From the NCBI GenBank assembly GCA_001179505.1, contig CDMY01000254.1, forward strand, positions 83,632 to 147,631: 64,000 bases of DNA, read 5' to 3'. Positions 36,648 to 49,057 of this stretch are shown here, piece after piece (the stretch's first letter is position 1; the number at the start of each line of letters is the position of its first letter). The notes beneath the pieces are model-generated. The model did no database searches. It was not told the origin of the DNA and was given only the letters and a program-made list of their open reading frames with translations. The DNA comes from Vitrella brassicaformis CCMP3155. Taxonomy: Eukaryota > Protista > Chromerida. Made by a program: the position numbers and the translations under genes.

Positions 36648-39600
36648 ATGACGACGTGCTTCCCTCCTCTCGGGATTCTCCTCCTCCTCATGCTTCTGTT
36701 GGTTCAGATCTTTCATCCTGCTTTCATCGTTGCCGCATCCGAACCAGACGTACACGAGGATTTGATTGGCTGCGAGGGACATATCATCGGAGAGGTGTGA
36801 AGAATGAAGGTGGCATGTACGCCACGCTTCCTGCCCGTGTTTCTGTGTCAGGACGGCCTCATCGTCACTGAGGCCATGTACCCCACTCATTCAACTGGCG
36901 AGGAAGACGGTGATCAATCTCCTGAAATGAAGATGGACCTGTCAGTTGTCAAAGTGTCCCTCTATACCGAGGAAGGCATTCTTAAGGAGTCCCAATATTG
37001 CACTCCCAACGGGTAGTTTATCGAGAGAATTTGCATAAACCGTAACACTCGCGTGTGTGTCTGTCACTATGCGCCCAGGTATTACTTCTTACCGATCCCG
37101 GATGCGCCGAGGTCGGCGAGCCACAGACGCGCATATCTCATCCGAATCGAGGGGCCTGCAGGATGGACCTTTCAGCCCAGCGAAGTGCGGGTGGAGAGCC
37201 TAAGCGACTGCAAGAAGGATATCAACTTCGTCTTCGCGGGCTTCACTTTACGCGGACAGGTGCTTGCGGCTGACGACACAGGAATGAAGAGGGGACCCCC
37301 TGGTGTCATGGTGACGCTGGTGCGTGGACGAGCAGGAGGAACGAGTGAGGCGTTACTGGCAACAACAGTCACCCAAGAGGATGGCTATTACGAGTTTGCG
37401 AATGTGTTCCCTGGTTGGGTGACGCTGCGGGCTTCACATCCGCATTGGCGCTTCAGCCGCGATGAGATGGAAGTACAAGTGCATTGGCGGCATGTCAACT
37501 TGACATCAGCGCGTGAGGGTGATCAGCTGATGGTGGCGGGCTTCGATGTGGAGGGTCGAGTTGTCACGGGTAAGTCAGGGGAGGAAAAAGGACAGAAGGT
37601 CTGAAACCTGGTGCCTTCTTCTTGTTTTCGGTCAGCCAACGACGACGAGCCCGTCTCTGGCTTAGCCGTCCTTATTCGATCCTCCAGCTCTGCTGTGTCC
37701 CCTTTCTACAACTGTCTGCCCTCAGCCACGCAACCAACTGAAGAGGTTGCCGAAGCCATCAGGGACGCATTCGGCATGGACGCATCGCAAGAAAACGCTC
37801 TCGAGGACATCGCAAAGCTGGAGGCGGGCAATGCCTGTGTGACGCTGTCTCTCGGAGACGGTTCATTTCGTTTTCCTCAAGTTCCAATCGGAGATTATAT
37901 TGTGAAGGTCATGGGGCGCCCTGTGGACGTTCTGCTTGGCTCGAACAAGGGTGCATCCTTACCCCGCGCACTCGAGATCTCGCCGAGAGATATGCCTGTG
38001 AGGGTCGAGCCCAAGAGCAACCAATTACTGGATACGTTCCAGGTGACGTCACGCTGCTGATCAGGAGCAGAAGGTGTGCACGTGTGCCTCCCTTTCTACC
38101 GCAGGTCGTTGGCTTCAGTGTTGAAGGCCGTGTTGTACACGCTCTTCCAAGCAAAGGCACCGGTAGGAAAGAGAAACAGCGACCGAAGCCCCGTGTGAAT
38201 GTGCGTCCGTCTGCTGTCATTTCAGAGGACAGCATTGGGGTTGAGGGCGTGTCCATCATCCTTGACGGCCAGCCTGCTGGCGTGTCGAGGGATGATGGAT
38301 ATTTCACCCTGCCTCGAGTCAGCCCTGGCAGCTACACAGTCGAGCCGATTCACGAGCACCTGTACTTTGATCCAACACAGGTGACTCCCATTGGATTCGC
38401 AAACCAGTGGCGCTGCATGATCGCGTCATGTGTGCATTTCCGTGCATGTGCAGGTCCGTTTATCTCTTCACGAGACGGAGCTACCGTGGATCCCTGTCTC
38501 GTCCTATGACCTCTGTGGACATGTGGGCATCGAACAAGACCCCCAAACTGCACCAAGCGGGAAAGGTGCGCGTGACGAATGAATGGGTACATTAAGCTGG
38601 TTCCTTGTGTACGCGCAGGCAGGGGAATGGTTCTGCGGTCCCGGCAGGATGGAGGAGAAAGGAGGACAACAACGAAGCCAGATGTACGCAAAGTCTTAGA
38701 ACACTTTCACATGCACAACAGGCGGCGTGTACCGTATTTCTGTGGCCCTGTGTACAGGGGGGATTCTGCTTCGAGGTGCCCGCTGGCTCCTACGAAGTGT
38801 ATCCGATCATCTCCGAGGAGGAGACGAAGAGGGGACTTGTGCTCACGCCAAAGACAAGGGTGGTCCATGTCACAACGGCTCCGCTTCTCACAGTGGACTT
38901 CCGGCAGAGCAAGGTGGCTGTGCAGGGCACCATCCTACCTCTGGGTGAGAGATAAAACTAGACGACAGAAAACGCATTTGTTACCTGCGCTTGCTTGCAG
39001 GCAGCGCACCGAGTGTCGAGTTGAAGCTGACGCACCGAGCTGATGCCTCTGTGTCCACAGCAACGGCAACACGTGACGGTACTCATCCGTGGCAGTCGAG
39101 ATGCGTCTACGCAGATGCTATTGCCACATCCCTTTCGCTCTGGACATTTCAGGCATGCCAAAAGGCTCGACAGCGCTGGCTTTCCGCTTCCCCGACGTGC
39201 TTCCCGGGTCGTACGATCTCAGTGTGCAAGAGCACAACTGGTGCTGGGCACAGGATACATATCAGGTGAAGGCATGAGGCGTGCGCTCAACCTTTGCGAT
39301 CAACATATCTCCTGTCCTGTGCGTCGTCAGCTTGACGTCGGCGAAGACGACGTGACATCCCCCCCGTTCCAACAGACGGGCTACCTCATATATGGCACCG
39401 CATCGCATCCCTTCACCTTCACCCTCACGAGTCAAGAACAAAGCGGCAACGCATCAGCTCCTCTATCGCTCATCGACTCGCAGGGACTCCAGACCAAGCC
39501 GCTATCGCACTCGTCCCTCATGGTGTCATTCGCCGGTGTGCCTTTCCGGTTCTGTTTGCCCGTGATCGGCAAGTACGTGCTGGAGCCGACGAGCGACTCG

Positions 39601-42246
39601 CTGACGGGGTATCAATTCACCCATGCTGCGTATCCGCTCGACACTGACAAGCTCGGAGACCCTCTCATACTGCAGGTGGGTAGGAGCGGGAGAGGATGAA
39701 AGGCCGGACTCACAGTTGCACTGTGGTGATGCAGGTGACTCATACGAAAGTGTGGGGCTCGATCAGCATCACCTCTGACAAATCGAGAGGCCTTCCATCT
39801 GAGGTTCAAATCGCAGTAGAGGATGACAAAGGCAATGTTATTGATCATATTGCAGCCCGTGCGAGCCGAGCAGACGACCAGCCATCCACTTACAGCTTTG
39901 AGTACCTGACTCCCTCTTTGGGCGACGGCATCGTTTCAGCTCTCTTGCGCCCTCTCGCTCCTTCGTCGTTCCCTTCGTTGCTGTTCTATCCGTCGACTGT
40001 CCCGCTGGTTCAGGAGGGAGGTGCAGCGGCCAAGGGCGGGCTTGTCATTCGTGCAAAGCCCGGCAAGAATATCAGAGGACGCATTGAGCCACCCGTGGAA
40101 GGTATTATGCATGCGGCGACAAACAGATGCAGCATTCTTCGCACATCCATCTGTTGCTGTCTGAATGCAGGTGTGCGTATTGAGGTGCGGCAGGTGTCTG
40201 ATGGGTCCACCAAAGGTGACGTGACCGTGTACAAGACGGATAGCACCGGCAAGTATGAGACAGGGCCCGTCTACGATGACAGCGACGCGGACAGGAAGGA
40301 GAGGGGACGGGTGCGCTATGAGATCGTGCCCTCACTTGATGGGTACTTCTTCGAACCTCTGCCGAACAGCCCACATGACTTCAAAGCAAGCAGGTATGAC
40401 ACATCAGACGCAGGCAAAGTAGCGATCCAGAAAGGCTGCATCTGTTTTTCGTCTCATGTCCAGGTATTCCAGCATCGAGGTGACAGTCATGCATCACTAC
40501 AGCGAGCCCCCCTCCTCCGAACCACTGCCTGGTGTCCTAGTCTCACTCTCATCCTCAACACATCCAAACTTCAGGGCGAAGAAACTGACACGTACACGTG
40601 CAAGCATTCGTCGCTGGTCTTCGCAGCACAGGCCTTGTGTGTGTTATCAGGTCCTGATGGTACACTGGTCTTCGGTCAGCTGATACCCGGGGTGTACTAC
40701 CTCCGTCCGCTGCTGAAAGAGTACGAATTTGATCCGCCCCAAGTGAGCTTGACTTTGTCACAAGGAGAGCAGCAGCAGCTGCAGCTTAAGGCGACCAGAG
40801 TCGCGTACTCATGTGCTGGTACGAGAATGCACAGACAGTCAGAAACAGTCTGTCAAACACGTGGGGTGTGGCTTTCAGGGAAGCTGAAGACACTTGCTGG
40901 TTCATCTGAGGGGCTGGGGGCCCTGGTGGTGCAGGTCAGCGCTGCGCCAGTCCCTCGATCCAACAAAACTGCATCAAGTAGCGTTGTTTTGTCGTGTGTA
41001 TTGCAGGCCCATTCATCCGGCGGTCAAGTGGAGGAGTGTGAAGTGTCGGCGACGGGTGACTACATCCTGCGCGGTCTTCAGCCCCACAACACGTACTCAC
41101 TCACCGTCAAGTCGAACAGGCCGTCGACAGAGGAGGGCGCGGCAGCCAATGTATCCTCTGTGAGGTACGAAAGGGCGTCCCCGGTTAGGCGGGAGGTGGC
41201 GCTGGAGCGTCGGGATGCGCACAGCATCGACTTCTATATCTTTCCTGCGAGCACATTGATTGTCGTCTCGGGTGAGGAGAACAGCGGAGAGAAAAGATAG
41301 AGTGGAGTGTAAGCTTTGTCGACGTAGTGCTTGTCAATGGAAATGCAGGTGATGTCATTGATTTTGTCATGACACCCAGCGGCCACCCTTCTGTCCCCTC
41401 TCAGCTGTCGGCAAAGAGCAAGATGCCTATCAGGACTGGGACCTCAACGCTGACGGAAGCTGAGGTCATTTTATCGAGGGTAGACAAGGGGGAGGAGGAC
41501 ACGGAGACAGTTGAAGGTGCGTATACCAGGATGGGAGGGTGCATGAAAGGGTCCTCACAACGTCCCTGTGTGATTGCCCAGAGTTGGCTCGCCGGTCGAT
41601 GTCTGCTCTCGGCTACTTCGAGTTTCCCGGGGTGGAGCCAGGCGTGTACAACGTCACCTTGCTCACACAAACGAATAACAAAGCACAAGTAAATAACTAC
41701 AGAAGAACCATGTGCGCATCAGTATGCATGGTTTCATTTCAGGTGGTGTTCCAGAAGAGGCTCAACCTGACATCTGCCCAGACAGCGCAGATCACTAACC
41801 TCTCCCCTTCTGCAATGGACGTCAACCAGTCGGCACCTCTTGTCCTTCCTGGACTCCTGATCTCATCTGGCAGCACTGCGAGAGAAAACGCCGCGTCCAT
41901 GAGCGCGATAGCGAGCGCGGAAGAGGCTATCGCGGTTGCTAGCGACAGCGAGTGCCTCTTGAGAGTGACGAGAGATTCTCGGTATCATCTCCACATCTTT
42001 TCATCATCCCTCCCGGCCTTCCCTCCGGCTTCCCACAAAGGCGCGACTTCGCCACTGATGGTCATTGTGGTGGTCGTCGCGCTCGTTGTAGGCCTTATCA
42101 GGCAGTCAGGCGTCACCTTGCAGCATCCATCAATCAAAAGATTGCAGGAGGGCATTTCGACGAGGTTTCCAGCCACCTGGCTGAGAATCAAGAGCATTGT
42201 GGAGAGTGGTACTCTTGTGATGTCGCGAAGTAGAGAACACTGCTAG
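36648..42246 (+). CDS. NOMO: Nodal modulator (NOMO) ER membrane protein, multi-exon
   Basis: Signal peptide, LIGCEGHI, KVSLYTEEGILKESQYCTPNG|YYFLPI...IEGPAGWTFQP...DINFVFAGFTLRGQV...GPPGVMVTL, repeated carboxypeptidase-regulatory-like beta domains (DGYYEFANVFPG, YYLRPLLKEYEFDP), C-terminal TM segment. Confidence 0.92.
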
Positions 42247-43163
42247 GGATAAGGCAGAGAAAACGAAGTAGACATGCACTCCGGAGCATGTCTCATTGGT
42301 TTGTATACGTGTGTGCATGCACTGGCGAAGGCGTGAGTCTATAAGTCATGTGTCTTTGACATGTAGCAACCAGGCGCTGTGTCATCGAGCGTGAACAATA
42401 CGGTCACATTCAAAAAACCACTCTCTCCTCCCGCGTCTATCTCATCTTCACTCGCAAACCACATTCCTTGACATAGAAGTGTCTGTCTCTTGACGTGTGG
42501 TCTGTGTCCCTTTTCAAATTCTCTCCCCTTGTCCCCTCCCGGGTTTGAAAAAAAGAAATAAATACACACACACATCCGAGGTGTCTTGCACTCAAGACAG
42601 AAGCACACAAGACAGAAGCAACATTGAGCACTCGACACCGAGTGTCGCGGATACATGTAAAATGCACGAGAAATGTGCTGTGTTACGGAAAGAGGTGGCT
42701 GTCTTTACGCGCATGTGGGGTGGAAGGGTCAAGGGAAGGGTGGGTGTAATGCATGACCAATCCATGACAGTTATGACCGCAACCAAAAAATCCCTGCTGA
42801 AAAACCAAATAGGCTATAGCCGGTGTTGTATCTCTGCAACACATCATTTCCCAACCGAACAAAAAAAGGGATTAGTAACTTACGTTAAACGGAATAACAA
42901 CTTTGATCTCCCCAAAAGGAAGAACCTCGCGCTCGGGTTTTTTTGATGTACATGGTAACCTACAGCCAGAGGAGCTCCGCGCAATTATATTCGCGGAGGA
43001 GCACCTGTGCGTTCGGGTTGGTATGAAACGAAACAGAAAAAGCACGCCGACGATGAAGAAAGACATTACACACTCGAGATTGGGGGAAGCTGGTGGCCTC
43101 GCGCGTGCGATCGCTTGAACTTCACAACGGCCGCCGAAGGCGGCCGTGCAAGCGATCTTGTCA

Positions 43164-45414
43164 ATGATTGATTCGGGCGTAGATCAGCGATGTCCCGGCT
43201 CAGGCGATGAGTCATCTAATTTGCGTCTTGCCTCTCCGCCACGGTCTTCCCCTCCGCCTTCCACCCTCTTTCCTCTCCTGGTGGTTCTTTGTATGACAAC
43301 TGAGGCATCTGCCGCCTTCGTGTGGCAACCACCGCTGGTGAGATCTTCCGGCGTTTCAAGACGATTGGAAGTGTACCCAAGGACAAGCAGCCTGTCAGCG
43401 CTCCCTGTGTCACTGAGCAATCTTCACATCCAGCGCGGTGCACTGGAGGCGTCGAGCAAGGTATAACTGATGGGTTTGAATACCAACGGGCCTATGCATT
43501 GCCTCTTCAGGCGGTACTCGAGTTGCTCGCTCTCATCGGCATTGGCGCAGCCAAGAGGGATGATCTGGACCAAGCGGCCCGATCCGTCCTCTCCAAGCTC
43601 GTTCGCAATGTCAATAATTGAGTCTGGCACTAATTCACGAAAAGGAGGCCAGGGAATCTGTTGTCGCAATGCAATGTATTCCAGGTGTTCCAGCCTGCCT
43701 TCCTGTGCACGTCCATCGCGGCCACCCTCGCGTCCCCTGCGGCGAGAGTCCGAGACCTCCTCCCACTCCCGTTCTTCTGCGCCTCGCAGATAATTCTGGT
43801 AGGTCTGTCCAAACACAGACATACATACATGTGCATGCATTGGTGCGGTCAGGGCTCATTCGTGGGCGAAGCTCTCCTGCGCATACTGAGGATATCTCCG
43901 AAGGTTGGCGCGTCTGGTCAGTGTTTGCATGGACATTCAGCTGTTCTGTCCCATGCAAATGCTCAGTCTCAAAGTGGCCGTCGCTTGAAGATGCTGTGCT
44001 CGTTCTCCAATGCTGGACGTGAGATGAAACATGAGCAGGCACAGAACACTAACATCGCTGTGCCTTTTCTGTTCGTCTGTTGGCGTCCCATGTACTCTGT
44101 GTAAAGCGCTCCCAATACTGTTCACGTGAGGCGAGCACGGTAGCTACAGGACACCAACACCGCTGCACTTTTTCTGTTTTGGCATCGACAGGAATGCGCT
44201 GTTCCGTGACCACCCCGATCCCAGTGTCATGGCGAAGGTCAACAGCTATATCGCGTTCTACCTGACTGTACAGGCGCCCATGATGTGGTCGTACGGCTAC
44301 TCCATCCTCGCAGGAATGCCCACTCGACCTGTCAAGCACCATGTATGGAGCGCTACACTGGGCACGGTGCATGACACTTCACATGTCACTATGCTGGTTG
44401 GTTTGGTCTGCAGGTTGACGAAGATGACCCGCAATGGGCAGACGCATTTGCCGATTGGGGCATGTCACCATCTCTAGAACAGGTTCCTCCCCCTCCCCGT
44501 CCTGCGCCGCCACCCTTTCCCCGATCCCTCTTTCTACAAGTGCGACGGACGGTCAAGCAGCTTTGGCTTCACCCTTTTCGGCCCCGGCTCCTCTCCCCAG
44601 CTGTCATATCGTGCCTTGCGGGCATTGTCATTGGCACCTCGCCCCTGCTGCGACAGATGCTAGTGGCTCCAGGCGCGCCCCTGACGTTCATATGGGGCGC
44701 CCTTCAGATCCTTGGCCAGGTCAGCCGCTCTGTCTTCTCTCTGTATCTGTCGCTCTATGTTTCTCACTGAGTCTCTCTGTGTTTCTCACTGTTTCTCACC
44801 TGGCCAGGGGTTCAGGTGAGACGCTCTCTCACTGATTCCACGCACACCTGTATCCGCTTTCACTGATGGCGCCGTATGTTGTTCAGACCCGCAGCGGCCC
44901 TTGTGCTGGCAGGAAGCTTCGTCACGCGTATGAGGGGAGAAGGGGAGAAGAAATGCCCGACATGCATTGGCGCACTCCCGACCTCTCTGTGTGCCCTTAC
45001 CCCCTTTGTCGCAGCGAGTGGAGGAGAGTCTGACACTGTCATTTCACTGAGAAACTTCAGGAGGGTGCTTCCCGTTGCCTTTGCCCGGTTCGTCTGTGCT
45101 CCCACTATAGCATTTACCTTACTCACGATCGGAAGGTGGGATTGACATGGCCATCTTTCCAGTCAATTGCAGTGTCTTGACCTGTGTGTGTCCCCAGGCG
45201 GTTGGGTCTGATAATGAACGACCCATTCTTGTGGTTCGTGTTGCTGATGCAGGGGTGCATGCCCGCCGCGCAGCAGTCCGTCGTGATATTGCAGCTCGAG
45301 AATCAGCCGCAGGCTGCGACGGTCATGGCTAAGACTCTTACTCTGCTGTATTCTTTGGGTGTGATTCCCGTAGCCCTCCTTATTAGCTTGGTGCGTGGAT
45401 ACACGGGTGTTTGA
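43164..45414 (+). CDS. PIN-LIKES (PILS)/Mem_trans family transporter with bipartite-type leader, multi-exon
   Basis: VFQPAFLCTSIA, YIAFYLTVQAPMMWSYGY, LSPAVISCLAGIVIGTSPLLRQMLVAPGAPL, ARFVCAP, DPFLWFVLLMQGCMPAAQ. Leader LFPLLVVLCMTTEASAA-FVWQPP. Confidence 0.85.
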
Positions 45415-45924
45415 GGAGAGCGTAGAAAGTTAGGTTGTAGAGTCTGACACAGAGTTCGAGTGGGTCAGCAGACTTCGACACTCTGACTTCGCCATGCCCG
45501 CGGGCGTCTGGAGAGGCGCCAGCTTGCAGCTCCTCGTCCATGGCAGTCAGGGCACGATTTTGCTATCTACGATGAGGGTGGGTAGGTCAGCGCTCGTAGA
45601 TTCAACAGTACCAGCACACAGATCAGCGCCCCGTGGTCCTCACACACCACACGCTCACACACATTCTCTCATCTCCGTGAAACAAATTGAGTGAGGCGGT
45701 CACAGGTCTGCCAGCCAGCAGTGCACTCGAGCCTTACATACACGACCAGCCAGCATGCACTCGAGCCTTACATACACGAAACTTAGCACGAATCTCATGC
45801 ACGAACTTGATGAATGAATGAATGAACCATGCACGCACTGGTTTACGATAGCCCTAAAACAGGGTCCCAACACTTTGCAAAATGACTGATGAAAGCAGTG
45901 TCCCTCAGAGATTTGGTGTTGCAC

Positions 45925-47420
45925 ATGAAAACGTCAGTGTCAGCAACAGTCGTTTTCACTGTCATTGCCTCATTCCTTCTCTGGTTGCTGATACGGACAT
46001 CAGAAAAAGGTATTTTCACACAACTCTGAATCCTGCATGGACTTGCAATGAATCAGGGGGACCCAACGACGAGGCCAAGACGACAATGGAAACACCGGCT
46101 GATCCGGCCCAAGATACCACACAAAATGCAATACAAACATCGCCCAAGTGTCCCACACATGCACTGATGCACAACAAGACTCAATCCCCTCCCTTTCTTC
46201 CCAGGCCGACAAGCCTCACGGTCGTGACGATTTACTTTCAGCTTCCAGGTGACTTCCAATACTGTTATGGTCATGTGTAGTATATCTGAGCGTGACAGAG
46301 TCAAAACACACAGTTGAAGAGTACTATAAATGAATGGAGCTCCTCCTGGCCGTCGAGCATCCCATGGTACAGCACTTCTCATGAATGCATACCGTGCTTC
46401 CATCACCAACAACTAATTGGGCCTTTCGACTCCCTCAGGTGATCTTTTGTGGGAAGTCATCGTACGAGGCCATCGAAAGGGCTCGGCGGCCCCTTCTTGG
46501 ACGGACGAGAATCCATGTGGTGGAATATGACGAGTTTCTCGTGGCCAAGCACCGGGAAGCCTTCGAGAAACAAAGGAAACTCCTCATGTGAGAAAACACC
46601 TGTCTCTTCTGTCTTTTGTCTGCCTCTCACTGTCTCTCTTCTCTTCGTACGTCTCACAACATGCCTCTTACCTATGTCATTCATACTGTGCGTCTCCGAA
46701 GGAAAAACGCCTTCCATGGCAAGAAGAGGATTCCATTTCGAAAAAACTACTCCGCCAGGCTATTCATGATCTGGTGACTAGTCTTTCTTTTATCTAGATG
46801 GTAACGTAACTGCGTCTCTCTTTCATATGCCTTCAGGAACGAGAAGATCAATTTCTTACATCGGGCAGCGTCCGAGAATCCGTTCAACACGAAGTTGTTT
46901 CTCTTCGCTGACATAGCTCTTTTGAGGTTCGTCTGTGCGGAAAAGAAGCAGAGACATGCCATGTTTCTTTCGGATGCATGTTTCCCCACATTGCTGGCCC
47001 GATAGGAAGCTGTCAGCAGAGGAGATGGCAAGTGGACGTTTCAAGAAGTGGCCAAATGCACAGAAGCTGGCAGAGGCGCCTCACGATAAGATGTTGCTCT
47101 TCCGAGTTGACCCGTTCAAGAAGAAATGGTCCCGGTGCAGAAGGCAGCGCTGCCTACCTTATTTTCGACCCTATTATAACAAGATCATCGCAGGCTCGAT
47201 GGGCGGAACTCAAGATGCCATCCAACGGTTTCACACAGAATACTACGCGATGCTCGCCTACTTCCTGCAGACCAAGCGGTGGGCTGGCCAGGAGCAGCAG
47301 ATCATTGACGCTGTCTGCCTGATTAATAGCGATATGTGCTACATTGTCGTGGCACCTCGAGGGAGATCTCAAGGAAGGAGCAGCTTCTTCCATTCTCTTG
47401 ACTATTTTATGCCTCCATGA
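45925..47420 (+). CDS. HtrL/YibB-like putative glycosyltransferase, type II membrane, multi-exon
   Basis: Signal anchor plus stem, LTVVTIYFQL, VIFCGKSSYEAIERAR...RTRIHVVEYDEF, NEKINFLHRAASENPFNTKLFLFADIALLR, IIAGSMGGTQDAIQRFHTEYY...AGQEQQII. Confidence 0.78.
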
Positions 47421-47425
47421 ATAGA

Positions 47426-47870
47426 TTTGTACGATAAACGCATTAATGCACAGACCAGTCTCTTCATAGCGAGCGTCTGTACAATCTATCAACATTGGCT
47501 CCTCACTCACTCTCTCACTCACTCACTCACTCCTCCTCCTCTTCCTCCTCGCTATCATCTACGGCCATCTCATCGGGCTGCTCTCAATCTGCCCCCTTGC
47601 CGACATGCAGGTAGTGCAGCCTCTCCATCTCCCGCCTGGGAGCGATGGCCATCTGCTTGGCCTCCTCGAAGCCGTACTTGTTGCAGGAGAAGGACTTGGT
47701 CTTCGTCTCGCCGCCTTGCCTCCATTGCGCCTGCCATGCGCCCGTTCTGTAGTGGACGCCCTTGACCCCGCTCTGGTGCTTAGCCGGCTCCCGCACAGAT
47801 GCCCGCCGCAACGCTCCATCTCGCGACGATGCTCCTCTGCCAACGCCTGACATACACATATACAGAGAGT
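47426..47870 (-). pseudogene. AP2-domain gene 3' fragment (end of one AP2 domain plus a full second AP2 domain), frameshifted, with in-frame TGA
   Basis: Intron acceptor then ALAEEHRREMER, frameshift, HQSGVKGVHYRTGAWQAQWRQGGETKTKSFSCNKYGFEEAKQMAIAPRREMERLHY...GAD*EQPDEMAVDDSEEEEEEE*. Confidence 0.85.
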
Positions 47871-48253
47871 CGCGGCGGTGGTTGTGTCGCGGCGGCGGCC
47901 AGCGTTGAGTCGTCCCATTCGCCCGTAGAACTATCATGTTGATACACAACAGAGAAGATGCCCTTCGCCTTTATGTTTTGTCGTGCTATATTTGCATTCA
48001 CCCCACCTCCTCGCGCCACTTGAGAAACCCCTCCTCTCAATCGCATCATGCGCAAATGGAACGCCTGCCTCCCCCTCTGGGTCCTCTGTAAAACAAACAC
48101 GAAGTGACCGTAAAACAAAAGGGGCGGCATGTCAATTTCTCACCGCGCTGCACAACGCGCGATAGGCCACATATACAACGGGCACATATACCATCCCTGT
48201 GAAAAAAGATATTGCACAAGTGCCGTGTATATGTGGCCGTTGTGGCTCCTCTC

Positions 48254-48574
48254 TCACCCCTGCACACGAGGCTGCACGTAGAGGTAGTAGAAGTCAGATA
48301 TGGCCATCCTTGCACACCTCTCGATCAGCCACCGCTGGCGCGGCATCTCCTCCTCCAGCCACCTCACGAGATTGACCGCATACTGCGACACATAATGCAG
48401 GAAGTCAGCGCAGGGAATGTCAAGCGCAATGCGTACCTTGAGCTGGTGGGACCTGACGAAGCGATCAAGCTCAGCCCACTCAATTCCTGCACACAAAACA
48501 TGGAGAGACTCCGACGTCGACTCCTTCGTCTTCAGTTGACCAGTCAGTGCAAAGGAGTGTGTGGCTATGCGCAC
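48254..48574 (-). CDS. Hypothetical exon or gene fragment
   Basis: Open frame after a TGTGCAG acceptor (IEWAELDRF...WLIERCARMAISDF), weak similarity to the ORF at 56492-56854, preceded by the shared ~50-bp motif. Confidence 0.3.
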   Translation of the reverse strand: MRIATHSFALTGQLKTKESTSESLHVLCAGIEWAELDRFVRSHQLKVRIALDIPCADFLHYVSQYAVNLVRWLEEEMPRQRWLIERCARMAISDFYYLYVQPRVQG

Positions 48575-48600
48575 GAGGGGGAAGAAGGAAGTCAGAGGAG
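48555..48600 (-). repeat. Dispersed ~50-bp motif, copy 2 of 3
   Basis: Reverse complement reads ctcctctgacttccttcttccccctcgtgcgcatagccacacactc. Confidence 0.75.
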
Positions 48601-49057
48601 TTGCTGACTGATTGACATGGGAATTTTACGTAAATGCATAACGGGCGAGAAAAAACTCACATATGACACCCCCTAACAGCTGTGAGGAATAGTCCGACAC
48701 AGGTAAACCGACTTAGGCATGGGGTATCGCTCTACATGAGTCAAGGCGGAGAGGGAGCTTGGAAAGGGAGACTGCGCGCTAGGGGGCGTGCCACGTGGAC
48801 GTCCCTCGTGTGGCTCAATGGGTGATTATTCGACCTTATCAGTGGTTCGACCTTATCGTGCCACGTGATCGTATGCACGACTTGTGGCTCGAAGAACTAA
48901 GTGGAGCTCTATCTGTCGTCGTGCTCCACTAGTCAAAGACATGAATCTCAGCTCGCAGCGCGGGCCGCGTTTTCTCCTCTACGAGGCTTTTTTCAAGGTT
49001 GAACAATTTCATGGGGCCCCTCCCTCAACAGTTGTTCCCATGTCCATTGAATTTACC

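Noticed and set aside
42920-42945. Hairpin-like sequence followed by a T run, resembling a rho-independent terminator
   Set aside because: Eukaryotic nuclear context and a weak stem; probably chance.
45708-45780. ~34-bp tandem duplication (ccagccagca.tgcactcgagccttacatacacga x2)
   Set aside because: Two adjacent units with no spacers; an ordinary slippage duplication, not a CRISPR array.
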